A stretch of DNA of 64,000 nt from an uncultured Bacteroidales bacterium (GCA_963772705.1 CAVYYH010000011.1:2384-66383); one strand, 5' to 3'. Counted from the first letter of the stretch, positions 26,544 to 38,028 are shown. Numbers and translations are program-made. The notes: generated by a model from the letters alone, not told the origin.

Positions 26544-29244
26544 TTGAACGTGCACTGTGATTCTTTAATAAGGAAATCAACTTTTCTGCCAGTTTTATTC
26601 CTCCTGTTCTCTGAACCCGGCTGGACGCAAATAAATCCACTGCCAACGAAGGATTCTGTTGTCAGGAATATTGTGGAACAGGTACTGCTCTTCCCTCAGG
26701 AAAAGATTTATATCCAGACTGACAAGACTGTTTACCTGTGCGGAGAGGAGATCTGGTTCAGTGCATATGTGGTCGATGCTGTTCTCCATAAACCCCTCAA
26801 AGACCAGTATGTGATTGCGGAGCTTATCAACCCGGCAGATTCGGTAATAAGCAGGATTAAGATAAGGCAAACCGACGGAGTGTACAGCGGTCATTTTCCG
26901 TTAAGTGAAAGAGTTCCCAGGGGCACCTACACCCTGTGTGCCTACACCGAAAATATGCTCAATACAGGCGGGGAGTCCATTTTTAAGAAAAGTATAAGGA
27001 TAGAGAGCCCTCTGTCGGCCACCATGATTTCCGTGGTGAACTTCAGGTTTGGCACAGGAGACAGAATTACAGCAGAGGTGACCTTCAGGGATATCAGGGC
27101 GCAAAGAAAGATAAAACCTGAAGAACTGAAGATGAGAATCAACGACCAGACGCTGACAGAAGTGCAGACGGGATCTGATACAGTATCATATTTTAACTTC
27201 AGGCTTCCGGAACAGAGCAGGAAAAGAGTGCTCTACCTTGAAACCGGAAATCACAGTGAGTTTGTCACCGTGCCTTTTCCCGCAAATGATTATGATGTCT
27301 CCTTCTATCCGGAAGGAGGTTATCTGATGACAGGAGTAAGAAGTAAAGTGGCCTTTAAGGTACTTAATTCCAATGGCTTGCCGGAGAATGTCAACGGAAA
27401 GGTATTTGACAATGCCGGACGCGAATGTGCACAGATAACTGCACTGCATGACGGCATGGGCCTCTTCTACCTCCAGCCTGAGGAAGGATTGACATACAAT
27501 GCCATATGCAGGAATGAGGCCGGGATGGAAAAACGATTTGAACTTCCGGCAGCCCATAACGGAATTTATTCCCTTCAGGTTGAAACTGAGGGGAACGAGT
27601 TGTTTGTCTCAGTGATCAAGTCTCCGGATATAAGAGATCAGAGCGAGCTGTTTCTTGTGATGCACACAAGGGGAATGATTCATTACGCAAAAAGCTGGGA
27701 CCAGAATTATGAGAGCATTGCCTTCAATTCTGATCTGTTCCCTTCAGGGGTAATGCAAATCATACTGTTTGACGATAAACTCCATCCGCTGAGCGAGCGG
27801 ATGGTATTCTGCCTTAATGATGACCAGGCGCATACTGAAATGATCACCGACCGGCAGGATTATGACTCCCGTGACAATGTGCATGCCGGTTTGAAGGTAA
27901 CAGACAGCAAAGGGATCCCGCTCAGCGGTAAATTATCCGTTTCAGTGACCGACGACAAAGATGTCAGACCTGATACCGTCTCGACTATTATGTCGGCTCT
28001 TTTACTGACATCAGACCTGAAAGGCAATATCAATGACCCGGGGTATTATTTCAGGGAGAGTAACCCTGAAGTGCGCCAGGCGCTTGATTTGCTGATGCTT
28101 ACAAATGGGTGGAGGCGTTATGACATTCCCGAAGTGATCAGGGGGAATTACACCAGTCCGGAATCCCCGGTAACCGGCGGAATGGAGATCAGCGGAAGGG
28201 CGAAGCGCCTTTTAAGTGACAAGCCTGTTGTGAATGGAAAAGTGACAATCTTCTCCTGGGATGCAGGTTATTTTGATGAGACTTTAACGGACAGTGCAGG
28301 AACTTTTGTTTTCAACAAAATTGAGTTTCCTGACAGTACTGAATTTATCGTACAGGCACTTAACGAAAAGGGCAAAGATTATATCGAATTGCTTGTTGAC
28401 GAAGACAGATTCGCACAGGCTTCAGGACTGCCCCAGCGGGTCTCAACATGAAAAGGCGCAGGCAAAAGAATCTATACAAATGGCCAGCTATGTTGCCAGG
28501 GCTGATGCAAAGTATACATTTGAAAATGGCATGCGCACAATCGACATAGAAGAGGTTGTCATCAAGGGGCAGGCCCCGGAAAAGAAAAGTTACAACTTTT
28601 CATACTACATGCCCAAGGGCAGCTCGTCGGCTACTCTTTTAACATCTGAACAGATAGAGGAGCTGCATCCGGCAGTTGTATCAGATATCTTCATCCATAT
28701 ACCGTTCACCCGGATCGAGAACGGGAAGGTAGTCATAGAAAGAATGAGTTACGGACTGAACGGCACAAACTACGCGGTTCTCATCATCGATGACATTATT
28801 ATCCATGATTATGACATTGATGCCCTTGACCCGACCAATATTGAAAGAATAGGCATCCTTAAGGGTACTGCTGCCAGCATTCTGGGTGGTTACGGCTCAG
28901 GCGGAGCCGTGGTTATCACAACAAAAAAAGGGCACTTCGAATTCAAAGAGACGCCGAAGTACAATATAAAGAAGGTCTCACCCCTGGGATATCAGGAGCC
29001 GGCAGAGTTTTACTCACCGAGATATGATACGCCGGAACTGAGGAACAACGGTCAGCCTGACCTGCGAACAACCATTTACTGGAATCCGAACGTCACCGTA
29101 TCGGATGCCGGCGAAGCCTCATTTGATTTTTACACTGCTGATGCCTCAACAACATATACGGCAGTGGTTGAAGGAGTTGCCTCCGACGGATCTGTCGTTC
29201 GCAAGATCAAGAAGATAGCACGCAGGCAGTCACGCATATATTGA
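26544..29244 (+). pseudogene. large secreted protein with a C-terminal TonB-dependent-receptor Plug-like domain; one frameshift or sequencing error near 28445
   Basis: Two overlapping ORFs in different frames. The C-terminal part contains IERIGILKGTAASILGGYGSGGAVVITTKKG (Plug signature). No beta-barrel follows. Confidence 0.5.
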
Positions 29245-29431
29245 ATGCCACACGTAAAATGATTCGCCCGTAAATTAACAAGTGGTATGAAATTCAGACC
29301 CTTCAACGATCTCCTCCGGCATCTCTGAAAGAAACAGTTTCTTCCTTTTTTACCTGCTATGCAGGTATCGCTTCAGGCACTGGACAGCGGACGATATCCG
29401 CAGATACCAGGAGAGCCGGATAAGAGACAGG

Positions 29432-30658
29432 GTGAGGTTCGTGATGAGAAAGTCAGAGTTTTATCGCAGTCATTATTCGGGTTGTGATACCTCAGACATC
29501 TGGAACCTTCCTGTTACGAACAAGAAACTGATGATGGAAAATCTCGGTACCTTCAATACTCTCGGTCTTGACAAGCAGGAGATAATGGATTTCTGCGTTA
29601 ATGCAGAAAAAACACGCGATTTCAGCAAGAGACTCAGGGGAGTAAATGTCGGCCTGTCATCAGGCACAAGCGGTAACAAGGGTGTCGAGATCACTTCACC
29701 AAAAGAGGAGAACCTTCTCCGGGCTGCTTTTTTTGCACGGTTCAGCTTTCCGAAGAAGGAGAAGATCAACCTTGCTTTCATACTCAGGGTAACCTCCCCT
29801 GCCTTCAGCCTTAACCGATTCGGGCACAGGCTGACATACATCGGGCAGCTTGACTCGATGGAAAATATTGTTAAAAAGCTCGGCGGCCTGCAACCAAATA
29901 TCATTTCAGCACCGCCATCCATGCTTAAGATCCTTGCAAGGGAGGCTGAGGAAGGAAGACTGAGCGTCAACCCGTTAAAGGTAGTGTCATATGCAGAGGT
30001 CCTCTACCCCGATGTAAAGGATTACCTGCAAAAGGTCTTCGGATGCGAGGTGCATGAAATTTATAAATGCAGCGAAGGAGCCATTGCAATAACATGCGCT
30101 TACGGAAAGCTTCACGTTAATGAGGACATTGTTGCCATCCAGCCCCTGAATGCCAAAGAGTCACCTGTCACGCCTGGGGAGCCGTGCCATAAACTAATCA
30201 TCACTGATTTGCATAAGAGCTCTTTGCCAATCATCCGTTACGAACTCAATGACGTCATTACCCTGAGCAATGAAAAATGCAGGTGCGGGTCTTCATTCAG
30301 AGTGATTGAGAAAATAGAGGGACGTGCTGACGACCTCCTGTGGGGTTTAAGAAAATCAGACCGTTCAAGGCATTTCATATACCAGGATTATATCAGCAGA
30401 ACTATTATTTGTGTCTCCAACGATATTGAAGAGTTTCAGGTTATTCAGAAGGATTTTGACCGTCTTAATTTAAGGATTAAACTTAAGTCACTGGCTGACA
30501 AAGAGTTGATTAAGCAACCGCTTATTGACAGCATCAGGAAGGTCTTTGCTGACTATGGTTGTATTGAACCGGAGATTGATTTGATATTTGGCGAACCTTT
30601 ACCGAATATCAACTCGGGCAAGCTGAGCAGAGTAATTTGCGAAATAAGAGAGATATGA
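29432..30658 (+). CDS. PaaK/F390-synthetase-like adenylate-forming enzyme
   Basis: GLSSGTSGNKG AMP-binding P-loop-like motif. The same frame is open back to 29291 (ERNSFF...WTADDIRRYQESRIRDR). An out-of-frame ATG at 29287 suggests an N-terminal frameshift. Confidence 0.65.
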   Translation: MRFVMRKSEFYRSHYSGCDTSDIWNLPVTNKKLMMENLGTFNTLGLDKQEIMDFCVNAEKTRDFSKRLRGVNVGLSSGTSGNKGVEITSPKEENLLRAAFFARFSFPKKEKINLAFILRVTSPAFSLNRFGHRLTYIGQLDSMENIVKKLGGLQPNIISAPPSMLKILAREAEEGRLSVNPLKVVSYAEVLYPDVKDYLQKVFGCEVHEIYKCSEGAIAITCAYGKLHVNEDIVAIQPLNAKESPVTPGEPCHKLIITDLHKSSLPIIRYELNDVITLSNEKCRCGSSFRVIEKIEGRADDLLWGLRKSDRSRHFIYQDYISRTIICVSNDIEEFQVIQKDFDRLNLRIKLKSLADKELIKQPLIDSIRKVFADYGCIEPEIDLIFGEPLPNINSGKLSRVICEIREI

Positions 30659-31869
30659 AAAGAGAACGTATTGAGTCCCTTGACTTGCTGAGAGGATTGG
30701 CGATCATGCTTATCATACTGTTTCATTCCTCCATATACAACTTTGCAAACATTCACCGGCTCGACTTCAGCAACCCTCCTCTGATTGTGGTACTCATGAG
30801 CTTCATGGGTCTATGGGGAGGTGTGTTCATCATATACTCCATGACACTGAATACCATCATGCTGGGTGAAAGAACAAGGCATGGAATGAATTTCAAGCCC
30901 TTTTACTTTACCATCGTGGCAGGTGTAATCTACATCGGGGTGCATTACCTCCTCAATTTGTTCCTTGGCCGGTGGAACGTTGATTTTGTCAATAACCGTC
31001 CCGTTCTGACTCTGACGGCATACTTTCTGAGGAACGGATCATTTTCCGCACCTGCAGTCATGAAGCTTTTCGACGGGTCTTCAATAGGGACAATCGGGCT
31101 CAACCTGATATTGCTTTCACTGGCGCTGTTCCTTGTATTCAGAAAGGGAACCATGGACAGGACAATCTGGTTTTATCCTGCTGCAGGAGCCACTGCAATA
31201 ATAATTATGTTGTTGTCATTTGTCAGGGTTTATCTCCATCCTTATTTTGTTCAGCAGATCGAATCTGGAAATTATTTCACGGCACTGGCGCTGAGTTTTC
31301 TTCTGGCGAACCCATATCCTCTTCTCCCCTATCTTGCTTACGGTATCTTCGGCATGATGATGGGTCTGATGATCTTCCAGGAGAAGGATCATCTGTTAAA
31401 GAGGATCATGATCCCTCTCAGCGTCTTCTTCATTATTTATGGTCTAACAGGCATGATGAGCTTTGAAAAGACCATCTCCAAACCCGATTATTTCTGGTAT
31501 TTCAAAACCAGTTTCGAACTCGGGCTATTCGTTCTGATGGTTGTTTTGTGCAGGTTTTTCCCCTCTCCTGGCAGCATTTTACTCTCAAAGCTGCCTTTGA
31601 TCAGGTGGTTCAGCCGCGTAAGCCTCACGATCTATCTTCTTGAAACAACGCTTTCAGAGCTGGTTAGAATTGCCGGCTCGGCACTCTTGCCGGGCTGGAA
31701 TGAGACCATTAATGGCTGTCTTGCATTCGGAGCCATAAATATCGTGATATGGTCCGTCATTCTTTTTTTCTGGCAAAAATCAGGGTTCAGGTACAGCCTC
31801 GAGTATTTCTGGGTAGTACTGTTCAGAAAGCTTGGGAAAGAATCAACCAGGCTTCATCATATAAACTAA
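30655..31869 (+). CDS. membrane acyltransferase (DUF1624/HGSNAT-like, acyltransferase-3 superfamily)
   Basis: RIESLDLLRGLAIMLIILFH N-terminal signature and about 10 TM helices. The start overlaps the previous stop (ATGA). Confidence 0.65.
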   Translation: MKRERIESLDLLRGLAIMLIILFHSSIYNFANIHRLDFSNPPLIVVLMSFMGLWGGVFIIYSMTLNTIMLGERTRHGMNFKPFYFTIVAGVIYIGVHYLLNLFLGRWNVDFVNNRPVLTLTAYFLRNGSFSAPAVMKLFDGSSIGTIGLNLILLSLALFLVFRKGTMDRTIWFYPAAGATAIIIMLLSFVRVYLHPYFVQQIESGNYFTALALSFLLANPYPLLPYLAYGIFGMMMGLMIFQEKDHLLKRIMIPLSVFFIIYGLTGMMSFEKTISKPDYFWYFKTSFELGLFVLMVVLCRFFPSPGSILLSKLPLIRWFSRVSLTIYLLETTLSELVRIAGSALLPGWNETINGCLAFGAINIVIWSVILFFWQKSGFRYSLEYFWVVLFRKLGKESTRLHHIN

Positions 31870-31920
31870 AAGTTTAGCAGCCTGTGTGGCTCTCCTGCAT
31901 TACAAAATAATTCCGTTCCG

Positions 31921-34056
31921 GTGATCGACAGATTTGTACATAACCTTGTAAGCTTCCGCAGACTATATGCCGCTTCATCTGTTGTCATTCTGATTGTTAT
32001 GGCCGCTTTGTCGGACACTCCAGTCATTGACAGCAGCCTGGCCGGATATAATATCGACAACAATCCCTATGACACTGTGGGGAAGAGGATGAACTCACTT
32101 TTCGGTTCAAAGAATATGATCCAGGTTCTTGTGAAGCCCGAAGCTACAACCGTAAGGACTCTTTTCAGTGGACTTGGTGAAGTGGAGGATGAGATCACTG
32201 AGGCCTTCCCCGGGACACGCGCAGAATCACTTAACAGTGCAGCTGTTCTACTGTACAGGAAAATCAAGGCAGATAGCCCGGTTACTGAGATGCTGACAGC
32301 CTCGCTCAACATTCCTCTCATAAAGGACATGGTCAGCCGGGATACAAATTCATTAATGCTGGTTGCCTTTATTGACAGTATAGAGACTTTTGATCCGGAA
32401 CTCTTTGATTCAATTATCGGAAAGCATTATGACGGTATTGAATCTATGTCCGCGGTAAGCCAGTTTCACATTCAGGCAGCTATAGAAAAATCGATTATAA
32501 GAGACTATATTGTTCTGCTGCCTATAATTCTGCTGTTTATTGTTCTTTTCATCTATTTTGCTTACCGAAGTATTCATGCAGTGATCTTCTGCCTTATCAA
32601 CATTGGCCTTTCGTTTATACCTGTCCTGTTCTTCCTTACCATATTTGATGTGAGTATTAACCAGGTAACCGCAAGTGCATTGCCGGTGGTGGTAATTCTT
32701 TCTCTCTCGGCATCAGTTCATCTGATTACGGGATTCGTCCACCGGCATGAGGAGACGGACCTGCAGATCAGGCTGTATCAGACAATCAGACATTATTTTA
32801 TTCCCTGCTTTCTCTCATCGCTGACAACGGCAATTGCATTCGGTTCGTTTTATCTGAGCGATTCGCATTATATAAGGCAGTTCGGAACAGTCACAGCGTT
32901 CAGTATTATCGCCGTATTCATTCTTACTTTCATGATTGCTCCGATTGCCCTGCCATTTGTTCATTCCAGGGAAGAAAAAGAGTTTAAGTTCAGGTTAATA
33001 ACACGTATTGAGAAACTGCTCATTGCAAATAACAGGTTAATATCACTGATCATTATTGGCGTAATGATCTGCTCTGTGTTCTTCATTTCCGGAATTGAGT
33101 TCAAAACGGATCTGGAGACATATATTCCCCGCAATTCAACAGTTCTTCAAAGCAATAAGGAGATCAACGATGCCTTTCACTCATTGGCTGAGATAGATTT
33201 GCTGATTGAGTTGACTGATACTGCGGCCGTCTTACACGAGAAAAGCCTGCGACAGGAACTCAGGACAGTGGTCTCCGATATTGGTGAGATAATATCAACT
33301 TATCCGGAGGTCGCTTCAGTTCAGTCAGTCAGGAACCAGCTCGATTTTGAGAGCCATTACATGTTTTTCGGTCTTAATCCGACGATCTTCCCGAAGAAGG
33401 GTAATCCCTATGTGTCGGAAGACCAGAGGCAATACCGGATCAACATCAAGCTTCGCAATCAGGATGGTATTGCTGATGTCATAGACAGGCTGGAAGGTGA
33501 TTTTCAAAAGTATGAACCGCGGTTCAGACACAGTATTTTCAGTGAGTTCCTCTATTTTGAGTATATCAGTTCAAGTGTAACAAAATCTCTGCTGAGGTCA
33601 CTGCTGGTTTCCGCATTGCTTATTTTTTTCCTCCTCTTCCTGCTTTCATTGAATCTGAGAGACACCCTTGTAAGCATCCTGGCCAATCTCATTCCACTCG
33701 GATTTCTGATAATTATCTTCGCCATTTTCGGCATAAAAATGAATATTACAACCTCCCTCACGTTGGTAATCTGCCTTGGACTTATCGTTGATGATACCAT
33801 TCATATTCTCTATCGCAGAATTAATCTTGCAGAGCCACTCGAAGAACTTGGTTTCGGAGTCCTGGCCACAAGCCTTATCCTAATAGGAGGCTTTCTTTCA
33901 TTTGTTTTAAGCCAATCACAGCCTAACCAGATCTTTGGTCTTCTGTGTGCAATAGTTTTCCTGATTGCAGTAATCAGCGACATTACTGTAATGACCTGGC
34001 TTTTGAGAGATAATAATATGGTAAGTGGCAGAAAGAATCACAAGGACGAACCATGA
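31921..34056 (+). CDS. MMPL/RND-superfamily exporter
   Basis: 711 aa. Two blocks of about 6 TM helices, each preceded by a soluble loop. GTG start. Confidence 0.7.
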   Translation: MIDRFVHNLVSFRRLYAASSVVILIVMAALSDTPVIDSSLAGYNIDNNPYDTVGKRMNSLFGSKNMIQVLVKPEATTVRTLFSGLGEVEDEITEAFPGTRAESLNSAAVLLYRKIKADSPVTEMLTASLNIPLIKDMVSRDTNSLMLVAFIDSIETFDPELFDSIIGKHYDGIESMSAVSQFHIQAAIEKSIIRDYIVLLPIILLFIVLFIYFAYRSIHAVIFCLINIGLSFIPVLFFLTIFDVSINQVTASALPVVVILSLSASVHLITGFVHRHEETDLQIRLYQTIRHYFIPCFLSSLTTAIAFGSFYLSDSHYIRQFGTVTAFSIIAVFILTFMIAPIALPFVHSREEKEFKFRLITRIEKLLIANNRLISLIIIGVMICSVFFISGIEFKTDLETYIPRNSTVLQSNKEINDAFHSLAEIDLLIELTDTAAVLHEKSLRQELRTVVSDIGEIISTYPEVASVQSVRNQLDFESHYMFFGLNPTIFPKKGNPYVSEDQRQYRINIKLRNQDGIADVIDRLEGDFQKYEPRFRHSIFSEFLYFEYISSSVTKSLLRSLLVSALLIFFLLFLLSLNLRDTLVSILANLIPLGFLIIIFAIFGIKMNITTSLTLVICLGLIVDDTIHILYRRINLAEPLEELGFGVLATSLILIGGFLSFVLSQSQPNQIFGLLCAIVFLIAVISDITVMTWLLRDNNMVSGRKNHKDEP

Positions 34057-34208
34057 ACATTTATTCCGGACTTTATCTTATTCTGTCCTTCCTTTATGAA
34101 GAAATGCATTATGACCTGTGTGACCAGTCGTAACTGAAGAGCTGAACCTGAACAATCTGAGGGGTAAATATGTTATTTGAAATTGTTTATAATATCTAAA
34201 TCTCAATT

Positions 34209-35021
34209 ATGATGAACCTTGAATATATCCTGAACCGTCTCTGGGTTGATTACATCACTCAGAATCCGTCAGCCGGAAGAATCCACGACCTGTTTTCAGA
34301 CGAGGGAGAGAAAGTTGTAAATGATCACATTGCCTTCAGAACACTTGATTTTCCTGCGATAAACATCGATGTTCTGGCAAAACAGTTTATTAAAAACGGC
34401 TATGTTCCCAGCGGGGAATACGAATTCAAAGACAAGCACCTTTTTGCAAGGCATTTTGAATTGCCGGGAGAAAAGACTTCTCCCCGTATCTTTATAAGTC
34501 AGCTGATACTCTCAGATTGCTCCCCATATATTCAGAAGACGTTCAGCGAACTGCTCGGGAAGGCTGACCACGGAAGGTTCAGCGCTGATGATTTAATATT
34601 TGCAGGCACCCTGTTCAATCCCCTCTCGTACGAGGTATATACGCGCCTCAGGGAAGAGTCTGAATATGCAGCATGGTTCTACATCTTCGGATTCAGGGCA
34701 AATCATTTCACGGTCGGAATCAATTACCTGAACAAATACAATGACATCTATAAAGTCAATGAGTTGCTGAAGAAAAACGGGTATCTCCTGAACAGCTCCG
34801 GAGGTGAGGTGAAAGGTACTCCGGAAGAACTCCTTCAGCAGTCGAGCACAATGGCGGATATAGTTAAAATTAAATTCATCGAGGGCGTTTTTGAGGTGCC
34901 TTCATGCTATTATGAGTTCGCTCAGAGATTTCCAGACTCAAATGGCAATCTCTACAGCGGATTCATTGCAAAATCTGCTGATAAAATATTCGAAAGCACA
35001 AATTTCTATCAGAAGAAATAG
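34209..35021 (+). CDS. DUF1338/HglS-like 2-oxoadipate dioxygenase/decarboxylase family protein
   Basis: VNDHIAFRT metal-site motif. About 270 aa. Confidence 0.65.
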   Translation: MMNLEYILNRLWVDYITQNPSAGRIHDLFSDEGEKVVNDHIAFRTLDFPAINIDVLAKQFIKNGYVPSGEYEFKDKHLFARHFELPGEKTSPRIFISQLILSDCSPYIQKTFSELLGKADHGRFSADDLIFAGTLFNPLSYEVYTRLREESEYAAWFYIFGFRANHFTVGINYLNKYNDIYKVNELLKKNGYLLNSSGGEVKGTPEELLQQSSTMADIVKIKFIEGVFEVPSCYYEFAQRFPDSNGNLYSGFIAKSADKIFESTNFYQKK

Positions 35022-35044
35022 TTCTGTTTAATTTCGATTTTCTA

Positions 35045-35084
35045 AAGCACTCCCTGACAAAACGGGGCAGTGCTTTTTTATTTT
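35045..35084 (+). terminator. intrinsic terminator
   Basis: aagcactccc / ggggcagtgctt stem (10 bp with one bulge) followed by tttttta tttt. Confidence 0.75.
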
Positions 35085-35185
35085 AAATCCTTTAATCACC
35101 TTCTCTGTTTTTGTTGTTTCAACACTGATGAAGTGCAGTAACGGTAAAAATGTATATATTTAATGGCACTCATTAAATTTCTAAG

Positions 35186-36850
35186 ATGAAAAGAATTCCA
35201 CACTGCCTGATCATCATCGCACTCGCCCTGACAGCGGTCTCATGCAAGAAATTACAGCAAGCAGATATGATAATAACAAATGCAAAAATATGGACTGGCA
35301 ATGACCTCCGGCCTCTGGCTGAAGCAATGGCTGTCTCCGGAGATACAATTGTTGCTGTCGGCACTAACCGTGATATTCTGAAATTCAGAGGCAGCAACAC
35401 TGTTGTAACTGATATGAACGGGAAATTTGTTACCCCCGGATTCATCGATTCACATGTTCACTTTTTGCAGGGAGGACTGAATCTCACCTCGGTGCAGCTC
35501 AGAGATGCCTCCACTCCGGAAGAGTTTGTCAGAAGGATTGGTGAGTATGCCAGGACTCTTAAACCAGGTACCTGGATCCTTGGAGGCGACTGGGACGGCA
35601 AGGGATGGGAAAAACTTCCCGAGAGTGGGTGGATTGACTCCGTGACACCTGACAACCCGGTGTTTGTGAGCCGTCTTGACGGACACATGGGTCTGGCCAA
35701 TTCGCTCGCAATGAAAATCGCTGGGGTCGACCGTAAGGTCAAAGACATCGCCGGTGGCACCATCGTGCGCGATGCCTCAGGCAACCTTACGGGAGTGTTC
35801 AAGGACAACGCCATGAATCTCATCTTCGGAAAGATACCTCCCGCAACACCGGAAGAGACTGAAAGTGCGCTTATCGCTGCCATGGAATATTTCGCCTCCA
35901 ACGGCGTCACCTCAGTTCAGGCAGTAGATGCTTCAGCGTATGCAGATGCCATAGACAGGGTGCGCAACAGGGGGAAACAGATCACCCGCATATATGTCAT
36001 GACCCCCATCCATGCCTGGTCAGCGCAACATGAAAAGATCAGCCTTGAGGGTAACGGTGATTTATGGGTGAGAACAGGAGGCGTCAAAGGGTTTGTTGAC
36101 GGGTCACTGGGGTCTCATACTGCGGCTTTCATTGAGCCCTATTCTGATCTGAAGACAGACTCCGGATTCTTTGTCAATAGCGAGGAAGACCTTTACAGAT
36201 GGCTCTATGAGGCTGACAGGGCAGGGTTGCAGGCTGCGATACATGCTATCGGCGACCGTGCCATCAATTTCCTCCTTGATACCTATGAACGTATCGGCAA
36301 TGAGAATGGCGTCAGAGACCGCAGGTTCAGAATTGAACATGCGCAGCATATCTCTCCGGCTGACATTGAGAGGTTTGCGATGCTGAACGTAATTGCATGC
36401 ATGCAGCCCTATCATGCGATTGACGACGGCAGATGGGCTGAAGAGTACATCGGCCCTGAGAGAATCAAAACAACATATGCCTTCAGGTCATTGATTGACG
36501 CAGGTGCCACGGTAGCCTTCGGCAGCGACTGGCCGGTAGCACCTGCCACTCCGATCGAGGGTATCTATGCAGCAGTTACTCGCAGGACACTTGATAATAA
36601 GAATCCGGACGGATGGGTTCCGGAAGAAAAGATCACGGTGGAGCAGGCCCTCCTTGCATACACAAAGAATGCAGCTTATGCCTCGTTCGAGGAAAAGATA
36701 AAGGGAACGCTCGAAGCCGGTAAACTGGCAGACTTCGCGGTGCTTGACCGTGACATCACCGCCATAGATCCGGTGGAGATATGGGATATGAAGGTGCAGC
36801 AGACCTGGGTCGGCGGAAAAAAGGTATTTGACCGCACTGAAGAACAGTAA
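35186..36850 (+). CDS. amidohydrolase-family (Amidohydro_3-like) metal-dependent hydrolase, lipoprotein
   Basis: Lipobox AVSC, GFIDSHVHF, and C-terminal GTLEAGKLADFAVLDRD. Confidence 0.8.
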   Translation: MKRIPHCLIIIALALTAVSCKKLQQADMIITNAKIWTGNDLRPLAEAMAVSGDTIVAVGTNRDILKFRGSNTVVTDMNGKFVTPGFIDSHVHFLQGGLNLTSVQLRDASTPEEFVRRIGEYARTLKPGTWILGGDWDGKGWEKLPESGWIDSVTPDNPVFVSRLDGHMGLANSLAMKIAGVDRKVKDIAGGTIVRDASGNLTGVFKDNAMNLIFGKIPPATPEETESALIAAMEYFASNGVTSVQAVDASAYADAIDRVRNRGKQITRIYVMTPIHAWSAQHEKISLEGNGDLWVRTGGVKGFVDGSLGSHTAAFIEPYSDLKTDSGFFVNSEEDLYRWLYEADRAGLQAAIHAIGDRAINFLLDTYERIGNENGVRDRRFRIEHAQHISPADIERFAMLNVIACMQPYHAIDDGRWAEEYIGPERIKTTYAFRSLIDAGATVAFGSDWPVAPATPIEGIYAAVTRRTLDNKNPDGWVPEEKITVEQALLAYTKNAAYASFEEKIKGTLEAGKLADFAVLDRDITAIDPVEIWDMKVQQTWVGGKKVFDRTEEQ

Positions 36851-36861
36851 CCGAAACAGGA

Positions 36862-38028
36862 ATGATGATTAACAGACAATTTATCAGGGCAGCGGCTGCA
36901 CTCATTCTTATGCTGCCGGCCCTGAACTGTCAGAACACGTTTGCTCAGATGAAAAGAGCCAGGGATTACGGAATAGAGATCGGCATACTGCGTACCGGCA
37001 GTAACAATGCCATAACAGATGTGCCCGGAGTAAAGGTGGGCCATGTCACTTTAATTGAGGGCGAATCGGTAAGGACAGGTGTCACGGCTATACTGCCTCA
37101 TGACGGAAACATATTCCAGCAGAAGGTACCGGCCGGTATCTTCGTTGGCAACGGATTCGGCAAGCTGACCGGGTACACGCAGGTTGAAGAGCTGGGAAAC
37201 CTTGAGACCCCGGTGGTGCTGACCAACACGCTAAGTGTACCGGTAGCCGCCGCAGCTGTCATTGAGTATACGCTCAGCCGGCCCGGCAACGAGGGAGTGA
37301 CAAGCGTCAACGCCGTGGTTGGAGAGACCAACGATGCCAGGATCAATGACGTCAGGGGAAGGAATATCACAACGGAGCATGTCCTGGAGGCAATCAGCAA
37401 TGCAGCGGGTGGTCCTGTTGCCGAGGGCAGCGTTGGTGCCGGCACCGGAACCGTCTGTTTCGGGTTCAAGGGAGGGATAGGCACATCATCGCGAGTACTG
37501 CCTGCCACCAGGGGTGGTTATACCGTGGGTGTGCTGGTACAGACGAACTACGGGGGGATACTGCATGTCAACGGTGTACCCGTCGGTCAGGAACTGGGTC
37601 GTTACAGCTTCAGGACCACCGCCAGTGAGTACAGGGAAGACGGATCGTGCATGATTGTGGTCATGACCGATGCGCCTCTCACCTCGAGGAACCTCAAGAG
37701 GCTGGGTTCCAGGGCTTTTGCCGGCATGATGCGAACAGGGTCATCCGGATCAAACAGCAGCGGAGATTATGTCATTGCAGTATCGACAGCAGAGGAGCTG
37801 CGTATCCCCTACTCTTCCGACTCAATGTACGAGCAGTGGCGCGAGATCAGGAATGACGAGATGGACCTGTTATTCCAGGCAGCAGCGGAGGCAACAGAGG
37901 AGGCTATAATAAACTCCCTCTTTGCAGCTGAGACAACCAAGGCCAGGAACGGGATGACAGTTGAGGCCCTGCCTGTTGAAAAGACGCTGGAGATACTTCG
38001 TAAATACAATAGGCTGAACGAAAAATGA
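36862..38028 (+). CDS. P1/S58 DmpA-type aminopeptidase
   Basis: GVKVGH, TGVTAILP, VGETND and GTGTVCFGFKGGIGTSSR motifs. Confidence 0.8.
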   Translation: MMINRQFIRAAAALILMLPALNCQNTFAQMKRARDYGIEIGILRTGSNNAITDVPGVKVGHVTLIEGESVRTGVTAILPHDGNIFQQKVPAGIFVGNGFGKLTGYTQVEELGNLETPVVLTNTLSVPVAAAAVIEYTLSRPGNEGVTSVNAVVGETNDARINDVRGRNITTEHVLEAISNAAGGPVAEGSVGAGTGTVCFGFKGGIGTSSRVLPATRGGYTVGVLVQTNYGGILHVNGVPVGQELGRYSFRTTASEYREDGSCMIVVMTDAPLTSRNLKRLGSRAFAGMMRTGSSGSNSSGDYVIAVSTAEELRIPYSSDSMYEQWREIRNDEMDLLFQAAAEATEEAIINSLFAAETTKARNGMTVEALPVEKTLEILRKYNRLNEK

